A stretch of 64,000 bases of DNA from Acidimicrobiia bacterium (GCA_029863625.1 JAOTUY010000001.1:82046-146045), one strand, 5' to 3'. Counted from the stretch's first letter, positions 1 to 10,392 are shown. Notes: a model not told the origin generated them from the letters alone. Translations and numbers: made by a program.

Positions 1-864
1 CATATAGGGAGTTGCCAAACACGGCTGCCGTCGTTGGAACGTTGAACAGCGGATGGGTTACCGGCTCGCCGATGATGCCAGAAACCAGGTCAGAGTTGAG
101 CGCAATGACGCCGATCTGATTCAACTGATTCTGGACCACGTAGAGGGTCTTGCCCACCAAGACGAGACCGTCTCCGGCCGGCACGGCTGTACCCCCAAGT
201 TCGATCTGTTTCGCCTCGCCGGTGTCCGGATCAACGGTGTAAACCGCTTCCGCCACGCTGCTCACGATGAAGAGCGTCTCACCGTTTGGAGCTGCCTCAA
301 TACCGTTCGCGTTGAAGACAAATGGGCCTTCGACCTGCGCCCAGTCGCCAGTGAGCGGGATAGCATCAGCACTCTGCGCAACCAGTGTGCCTGCCGGTCC
401 CAGCGGAACGCGAGATATCTCCCGAGCGAACGAGTTGGTGAAATAGGCCGCGTCACGGGTGACGATCACGTCGTTGATGAAGTCGCCAAATTGACCGCCG
501 CTCGACATGTCATACTCGGCCACGAGTTGGCCGGATTCGGTGTCATAGACACGACCAACTCCGTTTAGGCCGCCGGCTACGAATAGGTAACCGCTCCGCG
601 AGTCGAAGCTCATACCCACGGCTAGACGACCCTCCTCTCCGGCGACCAGGACCTCGGTGTGTCCGGTCCGGAGGTCACCTGAAACAATCGTGCCGTCGGC
701 CAGCGAACCGGCGTAGAACGTGTGCTGGGTCCCAACCGCGATGCCCTCGGATTGGAAAGCAGTCGGAAGCTGGATGACTTCGGGGTATGCCGATTTGGCC
801 GCGGCCGGAACAGCTCCGGCGACGAGGAGCGCAAGGCTCGCAAAGGCAAGCGTTATTCGTTTCA
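1..864 (-). CDS. Secreted beta-propeller protein, partial (3' end beyond window); SMP-30/gluconolactonase/LRE-like repeats suspected
   Basis: Reverse translation from the ATG at 862-864 gives MKRITLAFASLALLVAGAVPAAA (signal peptide) followed by Gly/Asp-rich beta-strand repeats (GDWAQVEGPFVFNANGIEAAPNGETLFIVSS). The frame is open to position 1. The plus-strand ORF 53..568 is antisense to it. Confidence 0.6.
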
Positions 865-1185
865 TGGTTTCCCCTATGTTTGGACCGTCTCGTCACCCAA
901 TACGGACGGTTCGTGAACCTTGGTTCCCTCGATTCCGACTCTACCCGTGCTGGAAGTGCTATATCAGCTCTAGTTTTGGGGGATCTTGGGACGCCAGCAG
1001 CCGGCACGAACTGGCCCACTGTGCAATTCACCGGCGACCGTTGGTTGAAGGAACGGCACGGTGAGGCCTCACAACAGACCGCACTGTTGCCCCTGGCAGA
1101 AGCTTGCCCTCCTCATTCCACATCTGAAGGAGTGCCACGTGCCGCCCCGTTCCTTAGTCGGGGAACCTGGCAAGCTGTAGAAACT

Positions 1186-3225
1186 GTGAGACGAATCGGA
1201 TACCTGCCGTTGCTCCTCGTTGGACTTGCGCTCGTGCTGGCCGCCTGTACGCGAACCACCGCTGCCAACGACAAAACCGATGCGCCAACGTCCACCACCG
1301 CCCCGGAGACCACCAACACCACGTTGCAGTCCTATGCCGGAACCACCGCAGCGCCGGAGTTCCCGGTCGGGCTGGATTGGCTCAACACCGACCGCCCTCT
1401 GGCCCTCGAGCAACTCCACGGCAAGATCGTGATTCTCGATTTCTGGACCTATGGCTGCATCAATTGCATCCACGTCATCCCCGACCTCAAGCGCCTCGAA
1501 AAGGAGTACGCCGAGGAGTTGGTAGTGATCGGGGTGCATTCGGCCAAGTTCGAGGCTGAGGCCGACACCGACAACATTCGGCAGATCATTCTCCGCTACG
1601 GGCTCGAACATCCGGTGATCAACGACGCCGATTTCGCGGTGTGGAGCATCTGGGGAGCCCAGGCCTGGCCGACGCTGGCCATCGTCGATCCGGCCGGCAA
1701 TGTCGTCGGTGCGCACAGCGGTGAAGGCGTCTACGACCTGTTCAAGCCGGTCCTCGACTCATTGGTCGCGGAGTTCGAAGGTCAAATCGATCGCAGTTCA
1801 CTCGATATCAAACTCGAAAGGATAGGTCTGCCGGAGACGGCTCTGTCCTTCCCTGGGAAGGTTTTGGCCGACGCGGAGGGCGGTAGGTTGTTCATCGCCG
1901 ACACCAACCACCACCGGATCATCGTGACGGGCCTGGACGACGGCGAAGTGATCGAGGTCATCGGTAGTGGCGCTCAGGGGAGCGGTGACGGCTATCTCCG
2001 GACCGCAGCCTTCAACCAGCCTCAGGGCATTGCCTTGAGTGAGGATGGCGCGAGGCTGTACATCGCCGATACCGAGAATCATCTGATTCGCATGGTCGAT
2101 TTCTCCCGCGGGCAGGTTTCCAAGGTGGCAGGAACCGGTCACGCGGGTTTGTTTCCCCCGACGGGCGGTGTTGCATTGTCAACCGGTCTGAATTCTCCGT
2201 GGGACCTCACGATCGACAAGAACCGCTTGTTCGTGGCGATGGCCGGGTACCACCAGATCTGGGTGATTGATCTCGAGGAGGGAACAGCCGCACCCTACGC
2301 CGGGAACGCCCGGGAGAGCACCGTAAACGGGCCGCTGGCCGAGGCCGAATTGGCCCAGCCGAGTGGTGTCGCGCTCGACGGAACAGGGCGGCTCTACTTC
2401 GCCGACTCAGAGAGCAGCTCCATTCGCTGGGCGGACGTCGACGGTGATGATCGGATGGTGAACATCCTCGCCGGCAGCGACCAGGACCTCTTCACGTTCG
2501 GCGACGAGGAGGGGGTCGGAACTGCGGCACGATTGCAGCACCCGCTTGGCGTGGTCGTCGATGGGGAGTACGTGTGGGTGGCCGACACCTACAACTCAAA
2601 GATCAAGCGCATCGACCCTGAGACCGCGGAGGTGACCACTCTGGTGGGTGGGCGGGGTTGGCGGGATGGACCAGACCCGTTGTTTTATGAACCCGGTGGG
2701 ATCAGCGCGGCCAACGGCAAGCTCTACGTGGCCGATACCAACAATCATTCGGTTCGGGTCATCGATCAAATCTCCGGCGAGACGGAGACTCTGGTGCTCA
2801 CCGGACTGGAGCGATTTGTCATTGATGCAGGCGATGGTGCCTTCCCCTGGAAAACGGTGACACTCGATCAAATGGCCGTGGCACCCGGAGCCGGCCGCTT
2901 GCTGTTGGAAGTGGGTTTGCCGTCCGGGTACAAGGTCAACCCGCTGGCTCCCTCCCGCTTCGAGTGGAAAGTTGACGGGGGCGTAGCGGATCTGGCGTCG
3001 GAAGCCACCGGTTCGGTCGTGAACCCCTCGTTCCCGCTGGAGATACCGGCCACCTTCAACACTGGAACCGGCTCGATCACCGGCGACCTATACATCGTGT
3101 ATTGCGAATCCGAGCAAGAAAGCATCTGCCTCATCGACCAGGCCCGGGTAGTGGTGCCGTTGACCGTCGGTGCGGGAGGGTCAACGGTTGCCATCAAATA
3201 CGCGATCGAGTTGCCCGACCGATAA
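1186..3225 (+). CDS. Lipoprotein with a thioredoxin-like (redoxin, CxxC=CINC) domain fused to an NHL-repeat beta-propeller (NHLRC2-like)
   Basis: A GTG at 1186 gives VRRIGYLPLLLVGLALVLAAC (lipobox LAAC) and a Thr-rich linker. Trx-like motif LDFWTYGCINCIHVIPDLKRLEKEY...VIGVHSAKFE. Multiple NHL repeats (FNQPQGIALSEDGARLYIADTENHLIRMVD, LNSPWDL, YVADTNNHSVRVID). The 5' part of track ORF 787..3225 has no start upstream. Confidence 0.75.
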   Translation: MRRIGYLPLLLVGLALVLAACTRTTAANDKTDAPTSTTAPETTNTTLQSYAGTTAAPEFPVGLDWLNTDRPLALEQLHGKIVILDFWTYGCINCIHVIPDLKRLEKEYAEELVVIGVHSAKFEAEADTDNIRQIILRYGLEHPVINDADFAVWSIWGAQAWPTLAIVDPAGNVVGAHSGEGVYDLFKPVLDSLVAEFEGQIDRSSLDIKLERIGLPETALSFPGKVLADAEGGRLFIADTNHHRIIVTGLDDGEVIEVIGSGAQGSGDGYLRTAAFNQPQGIALSEDGARLYIADTENHLIRMVDFSRGQVSKVAGTGHAGLFPPTGGVALSTGLNSPWDLTIDKNRLFVAMAGYHQIWVIDLEEGTAAPYAGNARESTVNGPLAEAELAQPSGVALDGTGRLYFADSESSSIRWADVDGDDRMVNILAGSDQDLFTFGDEEGVGTAARLQHPLGVVVDGEYVWVADTYNSKIKRIDPETAEVTTLVGGRGWRDGPDPLFYEPGGISAANGKLYVADTNNHSVRVIDQISGETETLVLTGLERFVIDAGDGAFPWKTVTLDQMAVAPGAGRLLLEVGLPSGYKVNPLAPSRFEWKVDGGVADLASEATGSVVNPSFPLEIPATFNTGTGSITGDLYIVYCESEQESICLIDQARVVVPLTVGAGGSTVAIKYAIELPDR

Positions 3226-3364
3226 CGCGACACTCCTCGATCGGTCCACTCAACAGGTGATAGCTCCGTTGCGAAGTTCCACTTGTGCGGGTTCTCGATG
3301 TCCGGGGCCCGGACGAACGTGCCCACGCCTTGTCTATCGATGGATACCGAGGGACGATGGTCTC

Positions 3365-4609
3365 GTGCACATCACCATCGTCACCATTGGATCCCGCGGC
3401 GACGTTGAGCCGTATCTCGCCCTCGGGAAGGGACTCTTGCTGGCGGGGCACACGGTGCGCCTCTCCACCCACGACCGGTTCCGGCCGGAGATCCGGGAGG
3501 CGGGTCTCGAGTTCAGCCCGATCACCGGCGATCCGCGCCAATTGGTGGAGGATGAGGCCGGGAAACGATGGCTCGAGAGCGGACGCAACCCGGTCCGGAT
3601 CATGCGGCGCCTGCTCGATGTCTCCGGACCGTTCTTTTCGCAGTTGCTGCAGGATTGTGAGACGGCCATGGCGGGAACCGGTGCGGTCTTGTTCTCCGTT
3701 CTGGCTTTTCCCGCTTACCACCTGGCGGAGGCTTCCCGGATCCCAGCCGTTGCGGCCTATCTGCAGCCCATGACACGCACTCGGGAGCTCCCCAGTATGT
3801 TCGTGAAAGCAGGAGGGCCCGGATTCTGGAACCTCTGGTCACATGTTGCCGCCGAGCAGATCACCTGGCAGCCGCTCCGCCGTGAGGTCAACCGATGGCG
3901 GAGAAGCCTGGGACTCGGCCCGCTCCCCGTATCGGGGCTGTACCGGCCCGTCTATCGGTCGATGCCGGTTCTGTACGGGTTCTCGCCGGCCGTAGTGCCA
4001 CCGCCGACCGACTGGCCCGCCCTTGTGAAGGTGACCGGATACTGGTTCCCGGCGGTCGGCGACAACCGGCGCCCGCCGGAGCGTGTCACGCAGTTCCTGG
4101 ATGACGGCCCGGCCCCTGTTTACGTCGGATTTGGCAGCCGTCCTGAGCGGCGGCCCCAGGAACTCGCCGACCTGGTGCTGGCCGCCGTCAGGCAGGCCGG
4201 TCGACGGGCGATCCTGCTGACGGGATGGGGTGGACTCACCGTTCCCGACTCGAGCGACGACGTGCTGGTGGTCGATGAGATCCGTCACGACTGGCTGTTC
4301 CCGCAGATGTCGGCGGTCGTGCATCACGGTGGGGCAGGCACGACGGGGACGGCCCTGCAGTCGGGAATCCCGTCGATCGTGGTGCCTTCCTTCGCCGACC
4401 AGTTCTTCTGGGGGGAGCGGGTGGCAGCGTTGGGAGTCGGACTGAACCTGCCGCGGCGCAAGCTCATTCCGGAGTCCCTGGCCGGGGCGATCACGGCCAC
4501 CTCCGATCCGGCAATGGGCCGAAGGGCGGTTGACCTTGGCGTGAAGCTTCGTGCTGAGAACGGCGTCCGGCGGGCCGTCGACGAACTGACCTCTATCTTC
4601 AATCTCTGA
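3365..4609 (+). CDS. GT1-family glycosyltransferase (MGT / macrolide-type UDP-glycosyltransferase)
   Basis: HITIVTIGSRGDVEPYLALGKGLLLAGHTVRL N-domain. C-terminal UDP-sugar motif HHGGAGTTGTALQSGIPSIVVPSFADQFFWG. GTG start at 3365 is in frame with track ORF 3170. Confidence 0.8.
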   Translation: MHITIVTIGSRGDVEPYLALGKGLLLAGHTVRLSTHDRFRPEIREAGLEFSPITGDPRQLVEDEAGKRWLESGRNPVRIMRRLLDVSGPFFSQLLQDCETAMAGTGAVLFSVLAFPAYHLAEASRIPAVAAYLQPMTRTRELPSMFVKAGGPGFWNLWSHVAAEQITWQPLRREVNRWRRSLGLGPLPVSGLYRPVYRSMPVLYGFSPAVVPPPTDWPALVKVTGYWFPAVGDNRRPPERVTQFLDDGPAPVYVGFGSRPERRPQELADLVLAAVRQAGRRAILLTGWGGLTVPDSSDDVLVVDEIRHDWLFPQMSAVVHHGGAGTTGTALQSGIPSIVVPSFADQFFWGERVAALGVGLNLPRRKLIPESLAGAITATSDPAMGRRAVDLGVKLRAENGVRRAVDELTSIFNL

Positions 4610-4633
4610 CACCACTCAACCGGGAATCGCTCT

Positions 4634-5257
4634 TTACCGAGGCGACCGGACCACTACTTCGCCTCGCGCCACAGCTCGCAGGGTCTCGTAGAGGGCGGAA
4701 TCGCGAACTGCATGGGCAGGCAACGGCAGAGGGATATCGAAACGGACCATGCTGTCTTCTTCCCGCCTCTCGATGCCGGGAGCGTGGAGAGCGGCCAGGA
4801 CTTTGCGGTTATCAGACAGCACGTACGACCGGAATCGCCGCACTCCGTTCTCCAGCGCCGATTCCGCCAGCAAACTGAGCAGGATGCCCCCTAGTCCCCG
4901 CCCCTGGTAAGCATCGAGTACGGCCACCGCCGCCTCGGCAATCGTCGGGTCGTCCGCAAGGCACACGTAGCGCGCCAGGCCGATCCCGCGGTGTTGGCGA
5001 CCTCGAGCGAGCTCGGCTCCCCAGGCAAAATGGGTCCGGTAGTCGATCTCGGTCAGGTACGTGAGTTCCTCAGAAGACAGATGATCGACCGGGCGAAGAA
5101 ACCGCAAATAGCGCGATTCGGCCGACAGCTCGGTTAGTCCCTCGGAGATCCGCGGTTTGTCGGCCGGAACGATCGGTCGGACCCGGACGGGTGTGCCGTC
5201 GGACAGGTCGACGGTGGTCGTCCGCAGCTTGATGAAATCGTCGTCGATGTCCATCAC
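4634..5257 (-). CDS. GNAT-family N-acetyltransferase
   Basis: AcCoA-binding motif QGRGLGGILLSLL. 207 aa. Start overlaps the stop of the upstream Hly-III gene. Confidence 0.7.
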   Translation of the reverse strand: MMDIDDDFIKLRTTTVDLSDGTPVRVRPIVPADKPRISEGLTELSAESRYLRFLRPVDHLSSEELTYLTEIDYRTHFAWGAELARGRQHRGIGLARYVCLADDPTIAEAAVAVLDAYQGRGLGGILLSLLAESALENGVRRFRSYVLSDNRKVLAALHAPGIERREEDSMVRFDIPLPLPAHAVRDSALYETLRAVARGEVVVRSPR

Positions 5258-5919
5258 AGCCGCTCGATTGGCACAACGTAGATGAGGATCATCAGGAAGT
5301 GCAGGAGGGCGCCCGAGATCACCAGCACGTGGAACACCTCGTGATAGGAGAAGATCCGGGGGAAGAGCCGAGGCCGTTTAGTGACGAGGAGGATCATTCC
5401 GACTGAGTAACAGGCTCCGCCCATGATGAGGAGCACCATCGCCTCGACCGGGAGCCGATCGAACAGCTCCCGAACAGGAATCACGGCAAACCAGCCCATG
5501 ACCATGTACAGCGTGAACGACAACCAGTTCCGCACCTTGGGAAAGAGCATCTTCTGCAGAATCCCAAAGACGGCAATACCCCAAACGACCCCGAGCGTGA
5601 TCCACTTCCAGGGGCCGGTCAGGGCATTGAAGGCGATCGGGGTGTAGGTACCCGCCACCAGCAGGAAGATCATCGAGTGGTCGAAGCGCTGCATGCGCTT
5701 CTTCCAGCGTTCTTTCCATGGCACGGAGTGGTAGAGCGAACTGGTGGTGAACAAGGCAACCATGCTTCCCCCGTATACGAGCATGGTGAACATCCGAGGC
5801 CGGTCCGACGACGTCTGCACGGCCAGCACGAGCATCCCGGCGAACGAAAACACCGCGGCCGTGCCGTGGAGGAACCCCCGGACCGGGTGATGCATCTTTC
5901 CGAGAGTGACACGGTCCAC
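5254..5919 (-). CDS. Hemolysin-III / PAQR family 7-TM membrane protein
   Basis: Conserved motifs HSVPW, DHSMIFLLVAGTYTP and SYHEVFHVLVISGALLHF. Seven hydrophobic segments. Confidence 0.8.
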   Translation of the reverse strand: MDRVTLGKMHHPVRGFLHGTAAVFSFAGMLVLAVQTSSDRPRMFTMLVYGGSMVALFTTSSLYHSVPWKERWKKRMQRFDHSMIFLLVAGTYTPIAFNALTGPWKWITLGVVWGIAVFGILQKMLFPKVRNWLSFTLYMVMGWFAVIPVRELFDRLPVEAMVLLIMGGACYSVGMILLVTKRPRLFPRIFSYHEVFHVLVISGALLHFLMILIYVVPIERL

Positions 5920-6044
5920 CCTCCGAGCCTACTGCCGGCGATGATGCTGATTGCGGAGTACGACGAGGTGTGCCCGGCGGAACCTCCGGGGTAGGGCAAG
6001 CGTTGAGGGGCAGTACCATGAACGCTTGACCAAGCGGGGGATCG

Positions 6045-6827
6045 ATGAGTCAGGAAAGAACGCTGCTGCGGCCGATCTACCGGCTGTATGAGGACCGTCT
6101 GCTTCGACAGATGGACCCACAGCGGCTGCCGCGCCACATTGGGATCATCCTCGACGGCCATCGACGGTATGCCCGGGCTGAAGGCCTGGCGGATTACGAG
6201 TCAAGTTATCGGGTCGGCATGCGGAAGTTCGACGAGTTCCTCGGATGGGCGCAACAGATCGACATTCCGGCGATCACCGGCTGGTTGTTGAGCAAAGAAA
6301 ACCTGGCTCGCCCGGCCGAAGAGCTGCAGCCGTACTTCGAGGTGTTGATCGGGCTATTTGAGAGGTTGCCCGAACTTGCTCAGCGCTACGGCTTCGAGCT
6401 GCGTTTCATCGGGAGTCTGGATCTGCTTCCCCCGGATCTGGTCCGTGCCGCGAAACAGGCTCAAGAACGCGCCGGCGATGGTCGCCGCCGGTTGACCATC
6501 GCGATTGGTTATGGGGGACGCCAAGAGATCGTCGACGCCGTCCATGATCTGGTTTCGTCGCTGGCCGCGGCCGGGATACCGGCAGAGGAGATGGCGGATC
6601 ACATTGACGCAGAAAGGATCGCCGACCATCTCTACACAGCCGATCTCCCCGATCCCGACCTCGTCATTCGCACGAGCGGCGAATCGCGACTGTCAGGGTT
6701 CCTCCTCTGGCAGTCGGCCTATTCAGAGTTCGCTTTTGTCGACGTGTACTGGCCGGCGTTTCGGCGCGTTGACTTCCTTCGAGCCTTGCGTGATTTCACT
6801 CGGCGCCACCGCCGGTTCGGCAAGTAG
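6045..6827 (+). CDS. Isoprenyl transferase (cis-prenyl diphosphate synthase, UppS family)
   Basis: RHIGIILDGHRRYA (variant of the DGNGRWA motif), AIGYGGRQEIVDAV, LVIRTSGESRLSGFLLWQSAYSEFAFVDVYWPAF. Confidence 0.85.
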   Translation: MSQERTLLRPIYRLYEDRLLRQMDPQRLPRHIGIILDGHRRYARAEGLADYESSYRVGMRKFDEFLGWAQQIDIPAITGWLLSKENLARPAEELQPYFEVLIGLFERLPELAQRYGFELRFIGSLDLLPPDLVRAAKQAQERAGDGRRRLTIAIGYGGRQEIVDAVHDLVSSLAAAGIPAEEMADHIDAERIADHLYTADLPDPDLVIRTSGESRLSGFLLWQSAYSEFAFVDVYWPAFRRVDFLRALRDFTRRHRRFGK

Positions 6828-7119
6828 GCGAAGCACCGGACAGCCGGAGGAGAGGGCGACGATGCGCTTTCTGCTCTTCAATCGTCGTGGTTGTGCCCGT
6901 GTGCTGCGCCCGAACCGGGCGCGTCGGGACCTTTTCAACAACCGGGCTCGCCGTGATTCCCGCAGCAATCCGATCGGTTCTTGAGTTTGATGGCGTTGTT
7001 CTTGGCTACGAGCGCCAGCTTCTCCAGAAACGGGAGATCCGAATTACGCCAGTTACCGACGACATGGCGGGGATGGGGTCGATTCATGGGCTGAACCTAG
7101 TCCGCCGCTCGATCGGCCG

Positions 7120-8556
7120 TCAGTTCTCGATGTACCGCAGCTGGCTCACCAGGTATTCGACGTGGTCGGGCCCGTACGATGACCACACGCGATAGAGGCA
7201 GCCGGGATGCTCGGCCACCTCGATGAGCGCCAGGTAGGCCTCTGGAGCCAATGCACCGGTCTCCGGGTCGAGATGCACGATCCGGTCGGCGGGCAGATCC
7301 ATACTGAGCTCCGGAAAGACCCAAACGTTGCTTCCATCATCGAAACGCAGCGTTGGATTCCATTCCTGCTGGTAGAAACCCTCGTGTTGCCACAAGCTCG
7401 TTCCGAATGCGCCCCGTCCGCAGTCCGCGCAGTAATCACCCGAGCCGTAGCGACCCGGCCCATCGGGAAGGTCCCAGGCGACGATTAGGGCGCTGTCACC
7501 GTTGGCCCGGCGGGCGGTGGCTCCTTCGCCCTCAGGCCCCAGATCGGCCAAACCCATCATCGGGCAGACCGTGGTGCCGAGGTCTTCGGCCCACTCTTCG
7601 AAGAACACCGACGGGACCTTCGAAGAGGCGAGTCCGGTCCGGTGCCAGGGTGCTTCACCCGGCTCACGGGTCTCGATGGTGGCGGGGTCGACGAGTGCCA
7701 CGGGCTCGGCTTGCATTCCCTCAACGAACCGAAGCGAGTTGAGCAGCGTCATGAGGTGTTCCTCACCGAGGAACGACCAGACGTTGTAGAGACAACCCTG
7801 ACCTTCGACCAACAGGTAGCTCAGCGCGGGAGCGCCCGAGCCGGGTTGCTCCAGGCCTTCCAGGCCATAGCCCGCCCGGCTGCCGTCATCCCAGGCGATG
7901 CGATCGACCCAGATATTCAGATCGTTGATGGTGCCGGTGATATCTGCTCCGGCCACCCCGTAGGCACCCCGGCCACAGTCCGGGCAATAGCCGCTGTCCC
8001 GGGACCGTCCCGGACCATCAGGGAGATCCCAGGCTACGGCCCACCCGCCGCTGAAATCGGCGGACCGGCTGACGCCGCCGGCGCTCAGTTCGAGGGGATC
8101 TGCCGGGTACAGTACCGAGCACCACATCTGATTCTCGGCCGTCGCCCAATCCTCGATGAGATGTTGCGGTATGGCCGCTTGGGGAAGAGGCTCGGCCGAC
8201 CAGGGTGCGACCCCTCCAGCGGTCGCACCGTTGCCGTTGAGGACTGCAGCGGTAGTGGTCGTCGTCGACCCCGGTTCGGTGGTGGTCGTGGCCGAGGGGT
8301 CCAACGTCGTGGTGGTCGAAACCTGGTTCACAGCCGGTTCGTCTGTTCCGCTCGGCAGGATCGTGGTCGCCAGCGCCACGGCGGTCAGGACAATGGCCAT
8401 GGAAGCCAGGCCCAGGGCCGGGCCCGAGAGGCGGAACCGGCGAGGTGAGCGACCCGCCATGATTCGGCTTGCCGTTCCAAGAGGGGCTCCCGGGAGGTCC
8501 TTGGGGTCGACGGGATTGGACTTCCGGACTCGATCAAAGGCATCGTCGGTATTCAT
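7120..8556 (-). CDS. Putative membrane-anchored anti-sigma factor with a duplicated CxxC-containing extracytoplasmic domain
   Basis: Sits immediately downstream of the ECF sigma gene with a 4-nt ATGA overlap. Short cytoplasmic N-terminus, one TM (LGLASMAIVLTAVALATTIL), Thr-rich linker. Two homologous roughly 130-aa repeats each carry WDLPDGPGR..YC(P/A)DCGRGA(Y/F)G. Confidence 0.55.
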   Translation of the reverse strand: MNTDDAFDRVRKSNPVDPKDLPGAPLGTASRIMAGRSPRRFRLSGPALGLASMAIVLTAVALATTILPSGTDEPAVNQVSTTTTLDPSATTTTEPGSTTTTTAAVLNGNGATAGGVAPWSAEPLPQAAIPQHLIEDWATAENQMWCSVLYPADPLELSAGGVSRSADFSGGWAVAWDLPDGPGRSRDSGYCPDCGRGAYGVAGADITGTINDLNIWVDRIAWDDGSRAGYGLEGLEQPGSGAPALSYLLVEGQGCLYNVWSFLGEEHLMTLLNSLRFVEGMQAEPVALVDPATIETREPGEAPWHRTGLASSKVPSVFFEEWAEDLGTTVCPMMGLADLGPEGEGATARRANGDSALIVAWDLPDGPGRYGSGDYCADCGRGAFGTSLWQHEGFYQQEWNPTLRFDDGSNVWVFPELSMDLPADRIVHLDPETGALAPEAYLALIEVAEHPGCLYRVWSSYGPDHVEYLVSQLRYIEN

Positions 8557-9098
8557 GATCGACCTCCGGAAATCGAAGCTAGAGCTTGTCCGAGCTGCTG
8601 CTTGGCGCGGTGAAGGCGGATGCTGGCTGCATTAGGAGAACATCCAAGGACGACGGCGATCTCCGAGATGGAGAGGTCCTCCCAACAGTGAAGACGGATG
8701 ATCTCTCGGTCTTGGAAACGAAGAATGGCCATCGCTTGGGCCACGTCGGCGTGCTCGCCGTACGATGGGTCGAGGGTGGATCCGTTGGTGAGGGACGTCA
8801 CTTTGGTTGACAACCGTGCCCGCCGGCGGAGGCCTCGATTGCTGTTGGCGAGCACCTTGCGGGCGATGCCGAATAACCAGAGACGAACTGCATCGGGCGG
8901 TGCCGACGTCCACCTCCGCCAGGCGATGGTGAAGGTCTCGGCAGCGATGTCCTCAGCGTCGACCGGGGACGAGCGCCGTTGTGCGTAGGCGAGTATGTCC
9001 CGATAGTGCTCGTCGAAGGCGCGCTGGAAACCCGCGTTGTCCTGGGAGCTTGAGACAGTTCCCACGAAAGTCGATCCCCTTGTAATGACTCCGCTCAT
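8553..9098 (-). CDS. ECF-type RNA polymerase sigma-70 factor
   Basis: Region 2 (DAEDIAAETFTIAWRRW) and region 4 HTH (LSISEIAVVLGCSPNAASIRLHRAKQQL). 181 aa. Confidence 0.85.
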   Translation of the reverse strand: MSGVITRGSTFVGTVSSSQDNAGFQRAFDEHYRDILAYAQRRSSPVDAEDIAAETFTIAWRRWTSAPPDAVRLWLFGIARKVLANSNRGLRRRARLSTKVTSLTNGSTLDPSYGEHADVAQAMAILRFQDREIIRLHCWEDLSISEIAVVLGCSPNAASIRLHRAKQQLGQALASISGGRS

Positions 9099-9268
9099 AC
9101 TCTCGCATGTCCGGATGCCACGTGGATCTTTCGGGCAGGTGGGGGCTCGTGTGCGGCGGGGAAGTCGGGAACTGAAGCGACCGCCCTTGGGGGAAGGCGG
9201 TCGCTATGGTCGGGCTAACACGGGAGGTGGGCTAACCACTCGCTTTATCGGTTCGGAATGGGGGATAC

Positions 9269-9829
9269 TTGAGGGATTTCTCGGCGAAACGTCGAGCTTT
9301 GATAGAGCACCTTCGGGACCATGCTTTACGCACCGACGGACCGTTCAAGCTGCGATCCGGGGCGGTTGCTTCCTGGTACCTCGATGCCCGTCAGACCACC
9401 TTCGATGGAGGCGGCGGTCTCATTGTCGCCGACGCCGTTCTCGAAGTGCTTGACGGTCGGGTTACTGCGATTGGTGGGATGACCATGGGCGCCGACCCCA
9501 TTGCCGTGGCCGCGGCGATGATCAGTACGCAGAATGGCCGGCCTCTGCGGTCGTTCTCTATCCGCAAGGAGGCCAAGAGCCACGGGGCGGGAGGCAGGCT
9601 GGTCGGCCCGGTGAGGTCTGGAGATGTCGTCGCCGTTCTCGAAGACACCACCTCCACCGGGGGAGCGTTGTTGGAAGCGCTCGAAGTGGCGGTAACCTCG
9701 GGTTTGCAGGTCGTGCAAGTGATGGCTCTCGTCGACCGAAGCGGGGGCGTCGTGCTGGAGCGGATAGCTGGAGCCGGGTTCCGATATCAGGCTCTGGTTA
9801 CTCCCGAGGATCTTGGAGTGGAGGAATGA
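9269..9829 (+). CDS. pyrE: Orotate phosphoribosyltransferase
   Basis: FKLRSGAVASWYLD, and PRPP-binding loop VAVLEDTTSTGGALLEA. Confidence 0.85.
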   Translation: MRDFSAKRRALIEHLRDHALRTDGPFKLRSGAVASWYLDARQTTFDGGGGLIVADAVLEVLDGRVTAIGGMTMGADPIAVAAAMISTQNGRPLRSFSIRKEAKSHGAGGRLVGPVRSGDVVAVLEDTTSTGGALLEALEVAVTSGLQVVQVMALVDRSGGVVLERIAGAGFRYQALVTPEDLGVEE

Positions 9830-10392
9830 GCGAAACGGTGGAGTTCGAAAAATCGGCGTGGAAAGTCTGGCTGCTGGCCTTGCTCGGGGTTCCTTTCCTG
9901 CTCATCGGGGTTGATTTCTTTTTCGCCCAGAAGTTGTTCGGAGTATTTCGAGACCTCATTTACGGGACCGAAGAGCTGCCGGCCTTCGAACCTCGCGACA
10001 CGATCATTGCTGCTTTGTTCATCATCGGCGGCGCCGTCCTGACGCTGTGGGGTCTCAAAGAACTCGTGTTTCCCAAGAAGGTCTTCGTCGCGGATCACGA
10101 GGGCATTCGCCTGGCGGTGAATGGACCCTTCCGCCCGGCGGTCCTGGTTCCGTGGGAGCTGCTCACCGATGTTGGGTATGAGGTGATCAACGATGAGGGT
10201 GACCTCTGCCCGTCGATCCGGGTCGAGGTGGCTGACCGAACGGGTTTGCCTGATCATCCGTGGGGGGCCCGCTGGGTCGGTTCGAACGAACTGCTGATCG
10301 ATACGGCCGGCTGGTCACCACCGGCCTCCGATATCGTTGATTCGTTGGTGCGTCTCCGTCAGTCGGTCGACGTTGAGGCTTCCGCCGAATAG
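9826..10392 (+). CDS. Hypothetical membrane protein (2 TM plus a soluble domain)
   Basis: Open frame with an ATGA overlap to pyrE. Hydrophobic segments [22 protein letters not shown] and [18 protein letters not shown]. Confidence 0.55.
   Translation: MSETVEFEKSAWKVWLLALLGVPFLLIGVDFFFAQKLFGVFRDLIYGTEELPAFEPRDTIIAALFIIGGAVLTLWGLKELVFPKKVFVADHEGIRLAVNGPFRPAVLVPWELLTDVGYEVINDEGDLCPSIRVEVADRTGLPDHPWGARWVGSNELLIDTAGWSPPASDIVDSLVRLRQSVDVEASAE

Noticed and set aside
53-568. 171-aa plus-strand ORF
   Set aside because: Antisense to a better-supported secreted beta-propeller gene on the minus strand with a signal peptide. No motifs.
1069-1716. Gly/Arg-rich minus ORFs antisense to the Trx-NHL gene
   Set aside because: Typical high-GC antisense frames.
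6861-6984. 40-aa Arg-rich ORF MRFLLFNRRGCARVLRPNRARRD... with a GGAGGAG Shine-Dalgarno
   Set aside because: Good Shine-Dalgarno but no GC3 bias or homology signal. Possibly a leader peptide, but not supportable.
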